Shown: in pieces, positions 52,324 through 61,722 of the stretch
How the letters are laid out: every line of letters starts with the position of its first letter
Numbering within the stretch: position 1 is the first letter of the stretch
NCBI GenBank assembly: GCA_963766735.1
Contig: CAVYBU010000006.1
Coordinates: 32,001 to 96,000 of the forward strand
Reading direction: 5' to 3'
Length of the DNA: 64,000 nt
DNA from: an uncultured Chloroflexia bacterium
GTDB taxonomy: Bacteria; Chloroflexota; Limnocylindria; Limnocylindrales; CSP1-4
Program-made: the position numbers and the translations under genes
Notes under the pieces: generated by a model
What the model was told of the DNA's origin: nothing
Database searches by the model: none
The model's input: only the letters and a program-made list of their open reading frames with translations

Positions 52324-54027
52324 ATGACGATCCCGGGCGTGCAGGCTGTCCGAACCTACCAACGCGCATGGCTGTCGAAGGACATCGTCGCGGGGCTGGT
52401 GCTCGCGAGCCTGCTGGTCCCTCAGGGCATGGCCTACGCGGAGCTGGCCGGGCTGCCTGCGATCACGGGTCTCTACACGTCCGTCCTGTGCCTGGTCGGC
52501 TACGCGGTGTTCGGGCCGTCCCGGATCCTCGTCCTCGGCCCGGACTCGGCGCTGGGCGGGATGATCGCCGCCACGGTCCTGCCGCTCGCGGCCGCCAACG
52601 GTGACCCGTCCACCGCCGTCGCCTATGCGTCCGTGCTCGCGCTGATGGTGGGCGCGTTCATGCTGATCGGGGCCCGCGCCGGTCTTGGCTTCATCGCCGA
52701 CCTGCTCTCCAAGCCGACCCAGATCGGCTACATGAACGGGCTCGCTCTCACGATCTTCATCGGCCAGCTGCCGAAGCTGTTCGGCTTCTCGACCGACGCG
52801 AGTGGCCTGATCGAGGAGACGCAAACCTTCGTGCAGGGTCTGGCCGCAGGCGAGGCCGTGCCCGCCGCGGTCGGCATCGGGTTGCTCAGCGTCGCGCTGA
52901 TGGTGATCCTGGGCCGCTTCCTACCGAAGGTGCCGGCCGTGCTGGTGGCGGTGATCGTCGCGATGGCGCTGTCCGCGGGCCTGGATCTTGCCGCGAGCGG
53001 GGTCAGCGTGGTTGGCGTGCTACCCAGCGGACTGCCGCCGTTCACCATCCCCAGGATGGGACTGGAAGACCTGCCGCTGCTGCTCGCGGGTGCCCTGGGC
53101 ATCGCAGTGGTCTCGCTTGCCGACACGATCTCGGTCTCGTCGATCTTCGCCGGGCGAAGCGGGCAGGAGGTGCACGCCAACCAGGAGATGGTCGGGGTCG
53201 GCGCCGCCAACATCGCGGCCGGACTCTTCACCGGCTTCCCGATCAGCACGAGCTCATCGCGGACTGCGGTCGCGGAGCGGGCCGGGTCGAAGACCCAGCT
53301 GACGGGTCTCGTCGGTGCCGGGGTGATCCTCCTGATGCTGGTGTTCCTGCCCGGCCTGATGCAATGGCTCCCGCAGCCCACCCTCGCAGCCGTCGTGATC
53401 GTCGCGTCGATCTCGCTCGCCGACATCCCGGCGTGGCGCAGGCTGTGGCGACAGCGCAAGACCGAGTTCTGGCTGTCGTTGGCGGCGTTCCTGGGCGTGG
53501 CGCTCCTCGGCATCCTGCCGGGCATCGCCGTGGCGGTGACCCTGTCGATCCTGTGGGTGTTCCTGCAGGCGTGGAATCCGTACCGGACAACACTCGTCGA
53601 CGTCCCGGACGTCCCCGGCTACCACGACATCCGGATGTACCCGGAGGGTGAGCAGCTGCCGGGTCTCGTCATCTATCGCTTCGACGGCCCGCTCATCTTC
53701 GCCAACGCCAATACCTTCAGGAACGAGGTCCGGCATCTGCAGCACGCGGATCCGTCGCCCAGGTGGATCATCGTCGCTGCCGAGCCCATCACCTCGCTGG
53801 ACACGACCGCGGCGGAGATGCTTGAGGAGCTCGACAGAGAGCTCGACGCGAAGGGCATCAACCTCGTATTCGCCGAGATGAAGGACGCGGTACGCCAGGA
53901 GATCCGCCATTACGGCATGGACTGGCTGGCCAACCGCGACGCGTTCTACCCGACGATCGGCGCGGCGGTGAAGGCCTACCGCCAGTTCGCGGGGATCCCG
54001 AAGCCCGGCCGCCACTCCGGACCGTAG
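52324..54027 (+). CDS. SulP/SLC26 anion transporter with STAS domain
   Basis: DIVAGL...VPQGMAYAELAGLP..GLY, LSKP and STAS YRFDGPLIFANA. Confidence 0.93.
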   Translation: MTIPGVQAVRTYQRAWLSKDIVAGLVLASLLVPQGMAYAELAGLPAITGLYTSVLCLVGYAVFGPSRILVLGPDSALGGMIAATVLPLAAANGDPSTAVAYASVLALMVGAFMLIGARAGLGFIADLLSKPTQIGYMNGLALTIFIGQLPKLFGFSTDASGLIEETQTFVQGLAAGEAVPAAVGIGLLSVALMVILGRFLPKVPAVLVAVIVAMALSAGLDLAASGVSVVGVLPSGLPPFTIPRMGLEDLPLLLAGALGIAVVSLADTISVSSIFAGRSGQEVHANQEMVGVGAANIAAGLFTGFPISTSSSRTAVAERAGSKTQLTGLVGAGVILLMLVFLPGLMQWLPQPTLAAVVIVASISLADIPAWRRLWRQRKTEFWLSLAAFLGVALLGILPGIAVAVTLSILWVFLQAWNPYRTTLVDVPDVPGYHDIRMYPEGEQLPGLVIYRFDGPLIFANANTFRNEVRHLQHADPSPRWIIVAAEPITSLDTTAAEMLEELDRELDAKGINLVFAEMKDAVRQEIRHYGMDWLANRDAFYPTIGAAVKAYRQFAGIPKPGRHSGP

Positions 54028-54196
54028 CCGGTGCGCGGCCCGGAGCCGGGCCGCCACCTCGGCCTGGAGCAGGCCCGCGGGGTGGAGTGGCACGGTCCGC
54101 GGGACCGGCGCCGGACATCCGAGGGACTTGCGCCGGGCAGGTGACACAGAAACGCCCGGCCGCACGCATGTGCGACCGGGCGTCGGATTGCCGGGG

Positions 54197-54601
54197 TCAG
54201 GCGGCCGGCGGCTCGGCCAGGTCGAACTGGGCCTTGATGTCGCTGCTGTTGAGGTACCAGATGATGAGCAGGGGCATGAGCGACATCCCGAGCCCGATGC
54301 CGGTGCCGGGGTACTGAAGCATGTAGAGGATCGCCGAGAACAAGGCCAGGCCGGCCACGACCATGGCCAGCATCCAGGCCCAAGGGCGCATCGACCACAG
54401 GCCGACCGCGGCCGCCAGCCAGAGGACGCCGCCGAGGACCGAGAGCCAGCCCCAGAGCGCGGCCGTCTCGAACGCCGGCAGGTCGCCCAGGGCACCGAAC
54501 CAGTCGAAGCCGATGAGCCGGAGCCCGAAGAACAGCCAGGCGAAGCCGGCGAGTGCGGCAAAGAAGCCGATGACCGAGATGAGAATGGGCGGGTTCTTCA
54601 T
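54197..54601 (-). CDS. Small 4-TM membrane protein
   Basis: GGGAG RBS; PP.LISVIG...GLWSMRPWAWML...YLN...IKAQF. Confidence 0.8.
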   Translation of the reverse strand: MKNPPILISVIGFFAALAGFAWLFFGLRLIGFDWFGALGDLPAFETAALWGWLSVLGGVLWLAAAVGLWSMRPWAWMLAMVVAGLALFSAILYMLQYPGTGIGLGMSLMPLLIIWYLNSSDIKAQFDLAEPPAA

Positions 54602-54746
54602 GCGAGTTTCTCCCTCACGAGTCGTGGTTGCGAGTGCATTGGGCTGATGTCGTGGGCTTCGGGGTCCGAGCGGGCGATATTCCCTCCGCTTCTGGGATGT
54701 CGTTCACTTGCCTTCACATCATTGCGCGCAATGCGTGCGAATACAA

Positions 54747-57654
54747 CTATCCACCGGCACCCGCGCCGATGCCCGCCTGCTGGGTGGCCTGGTGCACCGC
54801 CTGCTCGTCGGCCTGGCTCATCGGCTTGAGGTCGAAGACGACGTTCCGCAGGGTGCCGGTGAAGGCGTACGGCGCCTTGTCCTCGTAGGCGTCGTCCACG
54901 ACGCCGCCGTTGTCGCGACCCATGTCCATGCCGGCGTAGGTCGTGAACAGCATGGAGCAGGTGCGGTCGAGGCGACCCTCGCCGATCTGCTTCCCGTTCG
55001 CCCAGAGGGTGACGCCGCCGCCGGAGCCCGGCTTCGGCTCGTCGGCCTCGAACAGCATCTTCACCAAGACGTCGCCGGTCGGGATCGGCTCGGCCGAGAC
55101 CTGCTTGTACGTCTCGATGCCCAGGAACTGGTACGTGTGGTTGAGGTGGCCCTTCTCATCCACCCAGAGCGAGAAGCCACCGATGAAGTCGGCGAAGGCG
55201 CACAGGACGCCCTCGGCGCCGGCCTCGGGCACGTGGATGTCGGCCTCGATGGAGTACGACCGCCCGTAGATCCGTGGGATCACCGTGGTCGAGACGTTCT
55301 GGACATCGCCCGCGAAGGTATGGCGCGTGGCCGTGGGCATCGGGGGCAGGATGCCGAAGAACACGGCCATGCCGCCGAGCAGCGGCAGCGCGCGGTTGCG
55401 CTCGGCTTCCTTCCAGAACAGCTCCCGCATCTCGGCGAGCTTCTCGGGCTGCTCGGCCGCCAGGTCGTGGGCCTGGCTGAAATCGTCGGGCAGGTAGTAC
55501 AGCTCCCAGGAGTCCTGGTCGGGGTCGTACCCGCTGCCCGGCCTGAACCTGGCGAGCGTCGCCGGCGAGAAGTCCCACGGCAGCTTGTCCAGCCGGGCGC
55601 ATGCCCACCAGCCGTCCTTGTAGATGGCGCGGCTGCCGTACATCTCGAAGTACTGGACCGTGTGCCGCTCCGCGGCGCCCGGGTCTTCCAGCGTGTACGA
55701 GAAGGGCGTGCCGTCCATCGGCTCCTGCTCGATCCCGTCCACCACGGTGGGCTCCGGGATGCCGACCAGGTCGAGGACCGTCGGCGCGATGTCGATGCAG
55801 TGGGTGAACTGCGTCCGCAGATCGCCCCCGCTCTTGATGTGCCCCGGCCACGCGATGACCATCGGGTCGCGGTCGCCGCCGAGGTGGCTCGCCATCTGCT
55901 TGCCCCACTGGAACGGCGTGTTCTGGGCGTGCGCCCAGGCCGCCGCGAAGTGAGGGGCGCTGTGGAAGCCACCCAGGCCCTCCAGGCCGCCGAACTTCTC
56001 GATCAGCTCCAGCTGCTGCTCGGCGTCGAGCACGACGCCGTTGAAGAACGTCGTCTCGTTGAAGGACCCGGTGATCGTCCCCTCCATCGAGGCGCCGTTG
56101 TCGCCCCAGATGTAGATGACCAGCGTGTTGTCGAGCTCGCCCATCTCCTCGACCGCGTCGACGAGGCGGCCGACGTTCCAGTCGGTGTTCTCGGAGAAGC
56201 CGGCGAACACCTCCATCTGGCGGGCATACAGCTTCTTCTCGGCGTCGCCCAGGGTGTCCCACGCGGGGTACGCCTCGGGGCGCGGGGCCAGGTCGGTCTC
56301 CGGCGGAACGATCCCGAGCTTCTTCTGGCGCTCGAGGGTGCGGTCGCGGTAGGCGTCCCAACCGTCGTCGAACTGGCCCTTGTACTTGTCCGCCCACTCC
56401 CTGGCGACGTGGTGGGGGGCGTGCGTCGCACCGGTCGAGTAGTACAGGAACCAGGGCTTCTGGCGGGTCATGGGCCCGCACGGCGTGCAGCCACTCGACG
56501 GACTTGTCCGTGATGTCGTCGGGGAAGTAGTAGAGCTTCCCATCCTTGCCCTCGGGCACGCCGACGACCGAGTTGTCCTGGGTGATGATCGGGTCGTACT
56601 GGCCGGCCGCCCCGGTCAGGAACCCCCACCAGTGGTCGAAGCCCCAGGCCTGCGGCCAGTGCTCGAACGGCCCCGCGGGGCCCATCTCGCGCCCCGGCGT
56701 CATATGCCACTTGCCGAAGCCGCCCGTGATGTAGCCGTTCTCCTTGAGGATCCTGGGCAGGGCCGTGCAGCTTCGCGGCCGCGTCCCCGTGTAGCCCGGG
56801 AACGGACCGGGGAACTCCGCGATCCCGCCCATGCCCACGCGGTGGTGGTTGCGTCCGGTGAGAAGCGCCGCGCGGGTCGGCGAGCAGACGGCGGTCACGT
56901 GGAAGCGGTTGTAGGTCAGACCCATCTGCTGGATGCGCGACAGGGTCGGCGTCCGCAGCTCGCCGCCGAACGTCTCGGGACCACCGAAGCCGGCGTCGTC
57001 CACGAGCACGATCAGGACGTTCGGGGCCCCATCCGGCGCCTTGGGCCCGGGGATCATCGACCAGTCGCCGACGGACGTGTCCATCGTCCGGCCGACCACG
57101 CCCCCGAAGTTCCGGTCAGGGATCGGCAGCACGGTCCGATCCTGGCTGAACTTGCCCATCGCCTCGGCGAGGGAATCCTTCAAGGCGGCCGTGCCCGACT
57201 TCTCCGTCTGGACAACGGAGCGCACGAGCGCCCCGGCCAGGATCTGCTGGACGGCGAGGGCCTGGTCCTCCTCGAACATCGCAAGGATGGCGGCGGTGCC
57301 GGGCTTGAGCGCCTCGCCGATCTTGTCGTGGAGGCCCGTCTCCATCTTGTGCTTCGCGAAGCGCCCGGCGATTCCGCCCGCCGCGGCCCCAACGACGGTG
57401 GCTGCGAGCAGCGGGGGAGCGGCAAGACCCACGAGGAAGCCGACCGAGCCGCCGTAGCCGAGCCCCTTGCGGCCGAGGTGGTCGCCGGTCTGCTGGACGA
57501 TGACGTTGTCGTCCTTGTCGTGGCTGACGAGGATCGCGCCCTCGATGCTGACCTTCTTCGCCTTCACCGCGGCGACGAGGTCGTCGAATTCCTTCGTGGC
57601 GGTGTCGACGCTCGGGTACCCCGCAACCAGGACGTCGGTCAACTCGTGAGCCAT
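54747..57654 (-). CDS. atsB: Arylsulfatase with N-terminal DUF1269 domain (mycobacterial AtsB-like), frameshift near 56465
   Basis: PNVLIVLVDD, CSPTRAALLTGR formylglycine motif, GKWH, HAPH and GDNGAS; N-terminal glycine-zipper domain. Confidence 0.87.
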
Positions 57655-57860
57655 GAGGTCGTCTCCCGTCAACGCTGTCCCGCCCAGCCCGCTGCCCAGG
57701 ACGGGAGCTGATCATCATCGACAAGCCGGGCAGGGCCCTCCTGCCAGGCGCCGCAACCAGTCCAGATTACATCCCTGATCCGGGGCATCGAACATCGAAC
57801 CCCGCGGATGATGCGGCGACCTGGGAGCGGGCCCCTGGCGCACCGGGACCGACTGATCGG

Positions 57861-58529
57861 CTACCGCCCCGGCCTGGATGCGCGGACCCGGTTCTGACCC
57901 AGGCGGATGAGCGGCAGCGCCAGCATCAGGGCGGTGGCCACCACGTAGAGGCCGACGGCGACGGGCGGAGCGACCAGGGCGCATGCGACCGCGATGATCC
58001 ATATCCCGATCGAGATCCTTCGTTGGCGGGCCATCGCCGCCAGCTCCTCATCGGCGACGTCGTCGATCAGCAGCGTCCGTTCACGAGCAAGGTGGGCCAT
58101 CAGGAAGGTCAGCAACAGCGATGCGACCAGCACGTTGATCCCGTAGATGAGCACCGCGACCTGGACATCGGGGCCGGCCAGGTGGCTCACCATCAGGCTG
58201 GTCGTGAACGGGAGCACGGCCACGAAGAGCAGGAACAGGAGGTTGAAGCTGAACGCGAGGGTGTCGCCGCGCTTCATGAGCCTCGTCATCCGGGTATGGG
58301 TGATCCAGTTGCCGCCGATGAAGGCGAAGCTGATGAGGTAGCCGAGGTACTCCGGCCACTGTTCGACCAGGGTCGGGAGCAATGGCTCGGGTCCGACCGG
58401 GACCGTCAGCTCCAGCACGAGCAGGGTGATCGCGATCGCGAACACGCCGTCAGAGAAGGCGTTGAAGCGGTCCAGAGGCAGTTCGTCGGCCGGGCGGGGC
58501 GCTCCGGCGCCGGAGTCTCGATCAGACAC
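57861..58529 (-). CDS. TMEM175 (DUF1211) family K+ channel
   Basis: RFNAFSDGVFAIAITLLVLEL signature; YLISF..IG..W..H and LPFTT. Confidence 0.9.
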   Translation of the reverse strand: MSDRDSGAGAPRPADELPLDRFNAFSDGVFAIAITLLVLELTVPVGPEPLLPTLVEQWPEYLGYLISFAFIGGNWITHTRMTRLMKRGDTLAFSFNLLFLLFVAVLPFTTSLMVSHLAGPDVQVAVLIYGINVLVASLLLTFLMAHLARERTLLIDDVADEELAAMARQRRISIGIWIIAVACALVAPPVAVGLYVVATALMLALPLIRLGQNRVRASRPGR

Positions 58530-58567
58530 TGTCGCTCCTCCATCTCGCCGGCCTTCCAGCAACGAGG

Positions 58568-58598
58568 CGAGAACCCGGGCTGGGCGCCCGGGTTCTCG
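58568..58598 (-). terminator. Perfect 13-bp-stem hairpin
   Basis: CGAGAACCCGGGC-TGGGC-GCCCGGGTTCTCG between the DUF6325 and TMEM175 genes. Confidence 0.55.
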
Positions 58599-58648
58599 AT
58601 CCTGTCAACCGGACCCGGGGGCCCAGCCGGCCAGTTGCTCCGTTGATC

Positions 58649-59620
58649 CTAGGCCTGGGCGTCCTCGGCTTCCTCGATCGCGACCTCCTCGGCGTCGCGC
58701 GACATGGAGACGACGTCCTCGGCCTCCTCGATCGCGACCTCTTCGACCTCGCGGGCGAGCGACACGACGTCCTCCGCCTCCTCGATCGCCGATTCCTCGA
58801 CGTCCGCGGACAGCGCCACGACTGCCTCCGCCTCCTCGACGGCGGCCTCCTCGACCTCGATGGCCAGCGCCACGACCTCCGCGGCCTCCTCCATGGCGGC
58901 CTCTTCGATCAGCTCGGCAGCGAACAGCGTGTCGATGACGTCCTCGGCGGCGGCGTCCTCGATCGCCAGCGCCATTGCGACGACGTCGGCGGCCTCGGCG
59001 ATGGCGGCCTCCTCGACGAGCTCCGCCATGACCAGGGTCCGGGCGATGTCCATCGCGGCCATCACCTTGATGGCCTCGGCCGCCTCGATGGCCTCCTCGG
59101 CCTCCATCCTGACCCGCAGCTCCTCGCCGACGAGGGCCAGGGCGTCGGGCGAGATCATCGCCTGCATGAGCGAACGCCCCCCGGCCTCGCCGATCGCGTC
59201 GCGCAGGCTTGCCGCCCAGTGGTGCTCGATCACGAGGATCGCGGCCGCCCCGCCGGCGGGAATGCTCTCGGCAAGCTCCTTCATGCGGTCCACGCCGAGG
59301 CCGGCGTCCCGCTCGGCCACGGCAAGCGCGCCCAGGATCTCGCCCTCGACCATGCCCTCGACGCCGCCCTCGTGCAGGCCGATGAGGCCGCCCGCGATCG
59401 CGCCCAGGCGCATCCGCTCGTTCTCGGACAGGTCGGTCATGTGCATCGAGTTCTCGATGCTGCCGTGCCTGTCCTTCTGGACGAACAGGATGTCCACGAT
59501 CCGGATCACGCCGCGCTTCCGTGCCCGGCGCAGCTCGGCCATGATCTTGCCGGTGGCCTCGAACTTGTCGAACCCGATCACGAACACCTGGATCGGGCCC
59601 GTCACGTGCTTCTCGCTCAT
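58649..59620 (-). CDS. DUF6325-like protein with Gly-rich insert and acidic 18-aa repeat tail
   Basis: GPIQVFVIGF, GVIRIVDIL and AAILVIEHHWA; tail AIEEAEDVVSLAREVEEV-like repeats; AGGAG RBS. Confidence 0.82.
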   Translation of the reverse strand: MSEKHVTGPIQVFVIGFDKFEATGKIMAELRRARKRGVIRIVDILFVQKDRHGSIENSMHMTDLSENERMRLGAIAGGLIGLHEGGVEGMVEGEILGALAVAERDAGLGVDRMKELAESIPAGGAAAILVIEHHWAASLRDAIGEAGGRSLMQAMISPDALALVGEELRVRMEAEEAIEAAEAIKVMAAMDIARTLVMAELVEEAAIAEAADVVAMALAIEDAAAEDVIDTLFAAELIEEAAMEEAAEVVALAIEVEEAAVEEAEAVVALSADVEESAIEEAEDVVSLAREVEEVAIEEAEDVVSMSRDAEEVAIEEAEDAQA

Positions 59621-59693
59621 GTTGCCTGCTCTCCTGTGCTGACGATCGCGGGTGGTTGCCCCTGCGCGCGGCTCTCTCGGGGTCCGGATGATA

Positions 59694-59726
59694 TCGAGCC
59701 CGGGCCGACGATCGACCCGGGCTCGA
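59694..59726 (-). repeat. 33-nt hairpin, copy 2
   Basis: TCGAGCCCGGGCCGACGATCGACCCGGGCTCGA. Confidence 0.85.
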
Positions 59727-59751
59727 TGATTCGCGTGTTGCGGTGCCCGGA

Positions 59752-60378
59752 TCAGCCGGCGGCGGGTGCCCCACCCTCAGCGGCATCAGCGGCGGCCGCG
59801 GCGGCCTTGATCGCGTCCGCGGCTTCCTCGTCAACCGGGACCGCCTTGACCTCCTCGGCGTCCGGCATCTTGAGCCTGACGTCCTCGACGGCCGTTGCCG
59901 ACACGAGGCACAGGATGCCCGACGTGCCGGGGGTGATGACGTCGGTCAGCTGCTTCTCGACCTCCACCCGGTGGTAGAGGTTGCGGGCCTTGCCCGCAGC
60001 CGCGCCGGCGAAGCCCAGCGCAACGGCACCGCCGACGATCGTCGCCGGCAGGAAGATCCCGGCGACCACGCCGCCCACGATGCCCCACTTGAGGCCCTTG
60101 CGGGTGCTGTGCTCGGTCATCTTCTGGATGTGGATCCGGCCGTCGGCGTCGGCCTTGGCGACGAGGACGCCGTCGATCTCGAGCGAGCCGTCGATCTCGG
60201 CCGACTGGAGGTCCCGGTAGACACCGACGGCGGCGTTGGCGTCCGCGAAGCGGGCCACGATGAGGGCATGGTTGCCCTCGGCGGCGATGGCGGCCTCGGC
60301 GATCACGCCCTTGTCATCGGCCACCTGGGCAGCGACGACGACGACGTCCTCGGCCTGGGGGGTGGTCTCTTCGGTCAC
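59752..60378 (-). CDS. DUF1269-domain protein
   Basis: GLKWGIVGGVVAGIFLP...GGAVALG..GAAAG glycine zipper and PGTSGI; AGGAGG RBS. Confidence 0.82.
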   Translation of the reverse strand: MTEETTPQAEDVVVVAAQVADDKGVIAEAAIAAEGNHALIVARFADANAAVGVYRDLQSAEIDGSLEIDGVLVAKADADGRIHIQKMTEHSTRKGLKWGIVGGVVAGIFLPATIVGGAVALGFAGAAAGKARNLYHRVEVEKQLTDVITPGTSGILCLVSATAVEDVRLKMPDAEEVKAVPVDEEAADAIKAAAAAADAAEGGAPAAG

Positions 60379-60572
60379 GTGGAACCTCCTGTGGGCTGGG
60401 CGCCGTCCCTGGGAGCCGCGGTGAGATGCGGCGCGATCGGGATGATGTCGGCGCGGTGGGTCCGTCCACGGTCGCGTGGCGGACGCGCGGTTGCTGCGCA
60501 GATCGATGGTACGCGGTTTCCGGAGAGAGGCGATTCCGTGGAGGGGAACCCGGGCCCGCTGCCACGCTCGGG

Positions 60573-61244
60573 TCAGGGTTCGGAGGCCGGCACCCCAGCG
60601 GCAGGTCCCGGCAGGTCTCGCTCCAGCGCCCGGGTGAGCCGGACGAGCGTGGCGGCAAGTGCCACGAACGCCACACCCGCCAGCCAGCCGGCGAGGACGT
60701 CAGTCGGCCAGTGGACCCCGAGCGCGATCCTCGAGAGCCCGATGAGCACGGGGAGGATCACCGCGAGGATGAGCACTGCCCGGCGGACCGCGAGCGAGAG
60801 CCGGCTTCGCCAGGCGACGAGCGCCAGGATCCCGTAGGTCACCGTGCTGTTGAGGGTATGGCCGGAGGGAAAGCTGTAGCCGGGCGCCGACACCAGGGGG
60901 TTCGCCGTCGGCCTGGGCCGGGCCACGAGCTCCTTCACGACCTCCGTGAACAGCGCCCCGGCGATGAGCACCAGAGCGACGATGATCGCAAGGTGGACAC
61001 GCCGCGAGACCGCGGCGGCCAGAAAGAGCGCGATCCCGATCAGGACGAGGATCTCCGCGCCGAGGAACGTGCACGCCTCCCAGAACCCGACCGGGACGGG
61101 GAGGGACTGCAGGGCGGTCGCAAGCGGCTCGTCGAACGCAAGGCCGCCGCGACGGACGACCAGCATGCCAAGGACGAGGAAGGCGATCGCGCACGCGAGG
61201 CCCACCCAGGGCCAGGTGTCGCGGCGGGTTGGGCGCGGCGTCAT
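60573..61244 (-). CDS. PAP2-family phosphatase
   Basis: K...ARPRP, SFPSGH and SRIALGVHWPTDV. Confidence 0.92.
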   Translation of the reverse strand: MTPRPTRRDTWPWVGLACAIAFLVLGMLVVRRGGLAFDEPLATALQSLPVPVGFWEACTFLGAEILVLIGIALFLAAAVSRRVHLAIIVALVLIAGALFTEVVKELVARPRPTANPLVSAPGYSFPSGHTLNSTVTYGILALVAWRSRLSLAVRRAVLILAVILPVLIGLSRIALGVHWPTDVLAGWLAGVAFVALAATLVRLTRALERDLPGPAAGVPASEP

Positions 61245-61270
61245 GGCGACGCAGCATAGGGGACACGGCG

Positions 61271-61606
61271 CTGGTGCCGCGCCCGGTCACGATGCCGGGG
61301 CTCCATACAGCGTGCCATACTCCGGCGTATGGACCTCACATTCGTCGGCTGGATCGTCGTTGGCCTGATCGCAGGGTTGTTCTCCGGCGTCGTCGCCGGT
61401 GGCCGGACGCTCCGGGGCTGGATGCCGAGCCTCGTCATCGGCCTGGTGGCCGCGGTCATCACCGGCTGGCTGCTGGTGTCATTCGCCGGGGTGGACTCGA
61501 TCACCAGCATCTGGGTCTCGGCGCTGTTCGCGTCGGTCGTCGCGGTCGTCCTCCGGCTGCTCATCAAGACGGTCTCGTTCAGCGGCGACTGACGGCCGGT
61601 AGGCGG
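61271..61606 (+). repeat. ~335-bp direct repeat, copy 2
   Basis: Matches 51908-52242. Confidence 0.93.
61329..61592 (+). CDS. GlsB/YeaQ/YmgE family membrane protein (paralog)
   Basis: 87 aa, near-identical to 51965-52228. Confidence 0.8.
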   Translation: MDLTFVGWIVVGLIAGLFSGVVAGGRTLRGWMPSLVIGLVAAVITGWLLVSFAGVDSITSIWVSALFASVVAVVLRLLIKTVSFSGD

Positions 61607-61722
61607 GCGCCAGGTCCCAGCGGGGGTCGGGCGTCGGGCAGGGAAGGAACAGACGCGCCGATGGCACGGTACGAACCACGCGCCCTGACAGGTCACCCCG
61701 CGCGAAGCGGAGGGACGCACCG

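Noticed and set aside
56460-56475. Programmed ribosomal frameshifting in atsB or other split genes
   Set aside because: No slippery heptamer was seen; single extra bases fit sequencing error better.
58649-59620. Gas vesicle protein identity for the acidic repeat tail
   Set aside because: No GvpA/GvpJ signature and no gvp cluster; the N-terminus is DUF6325-like.
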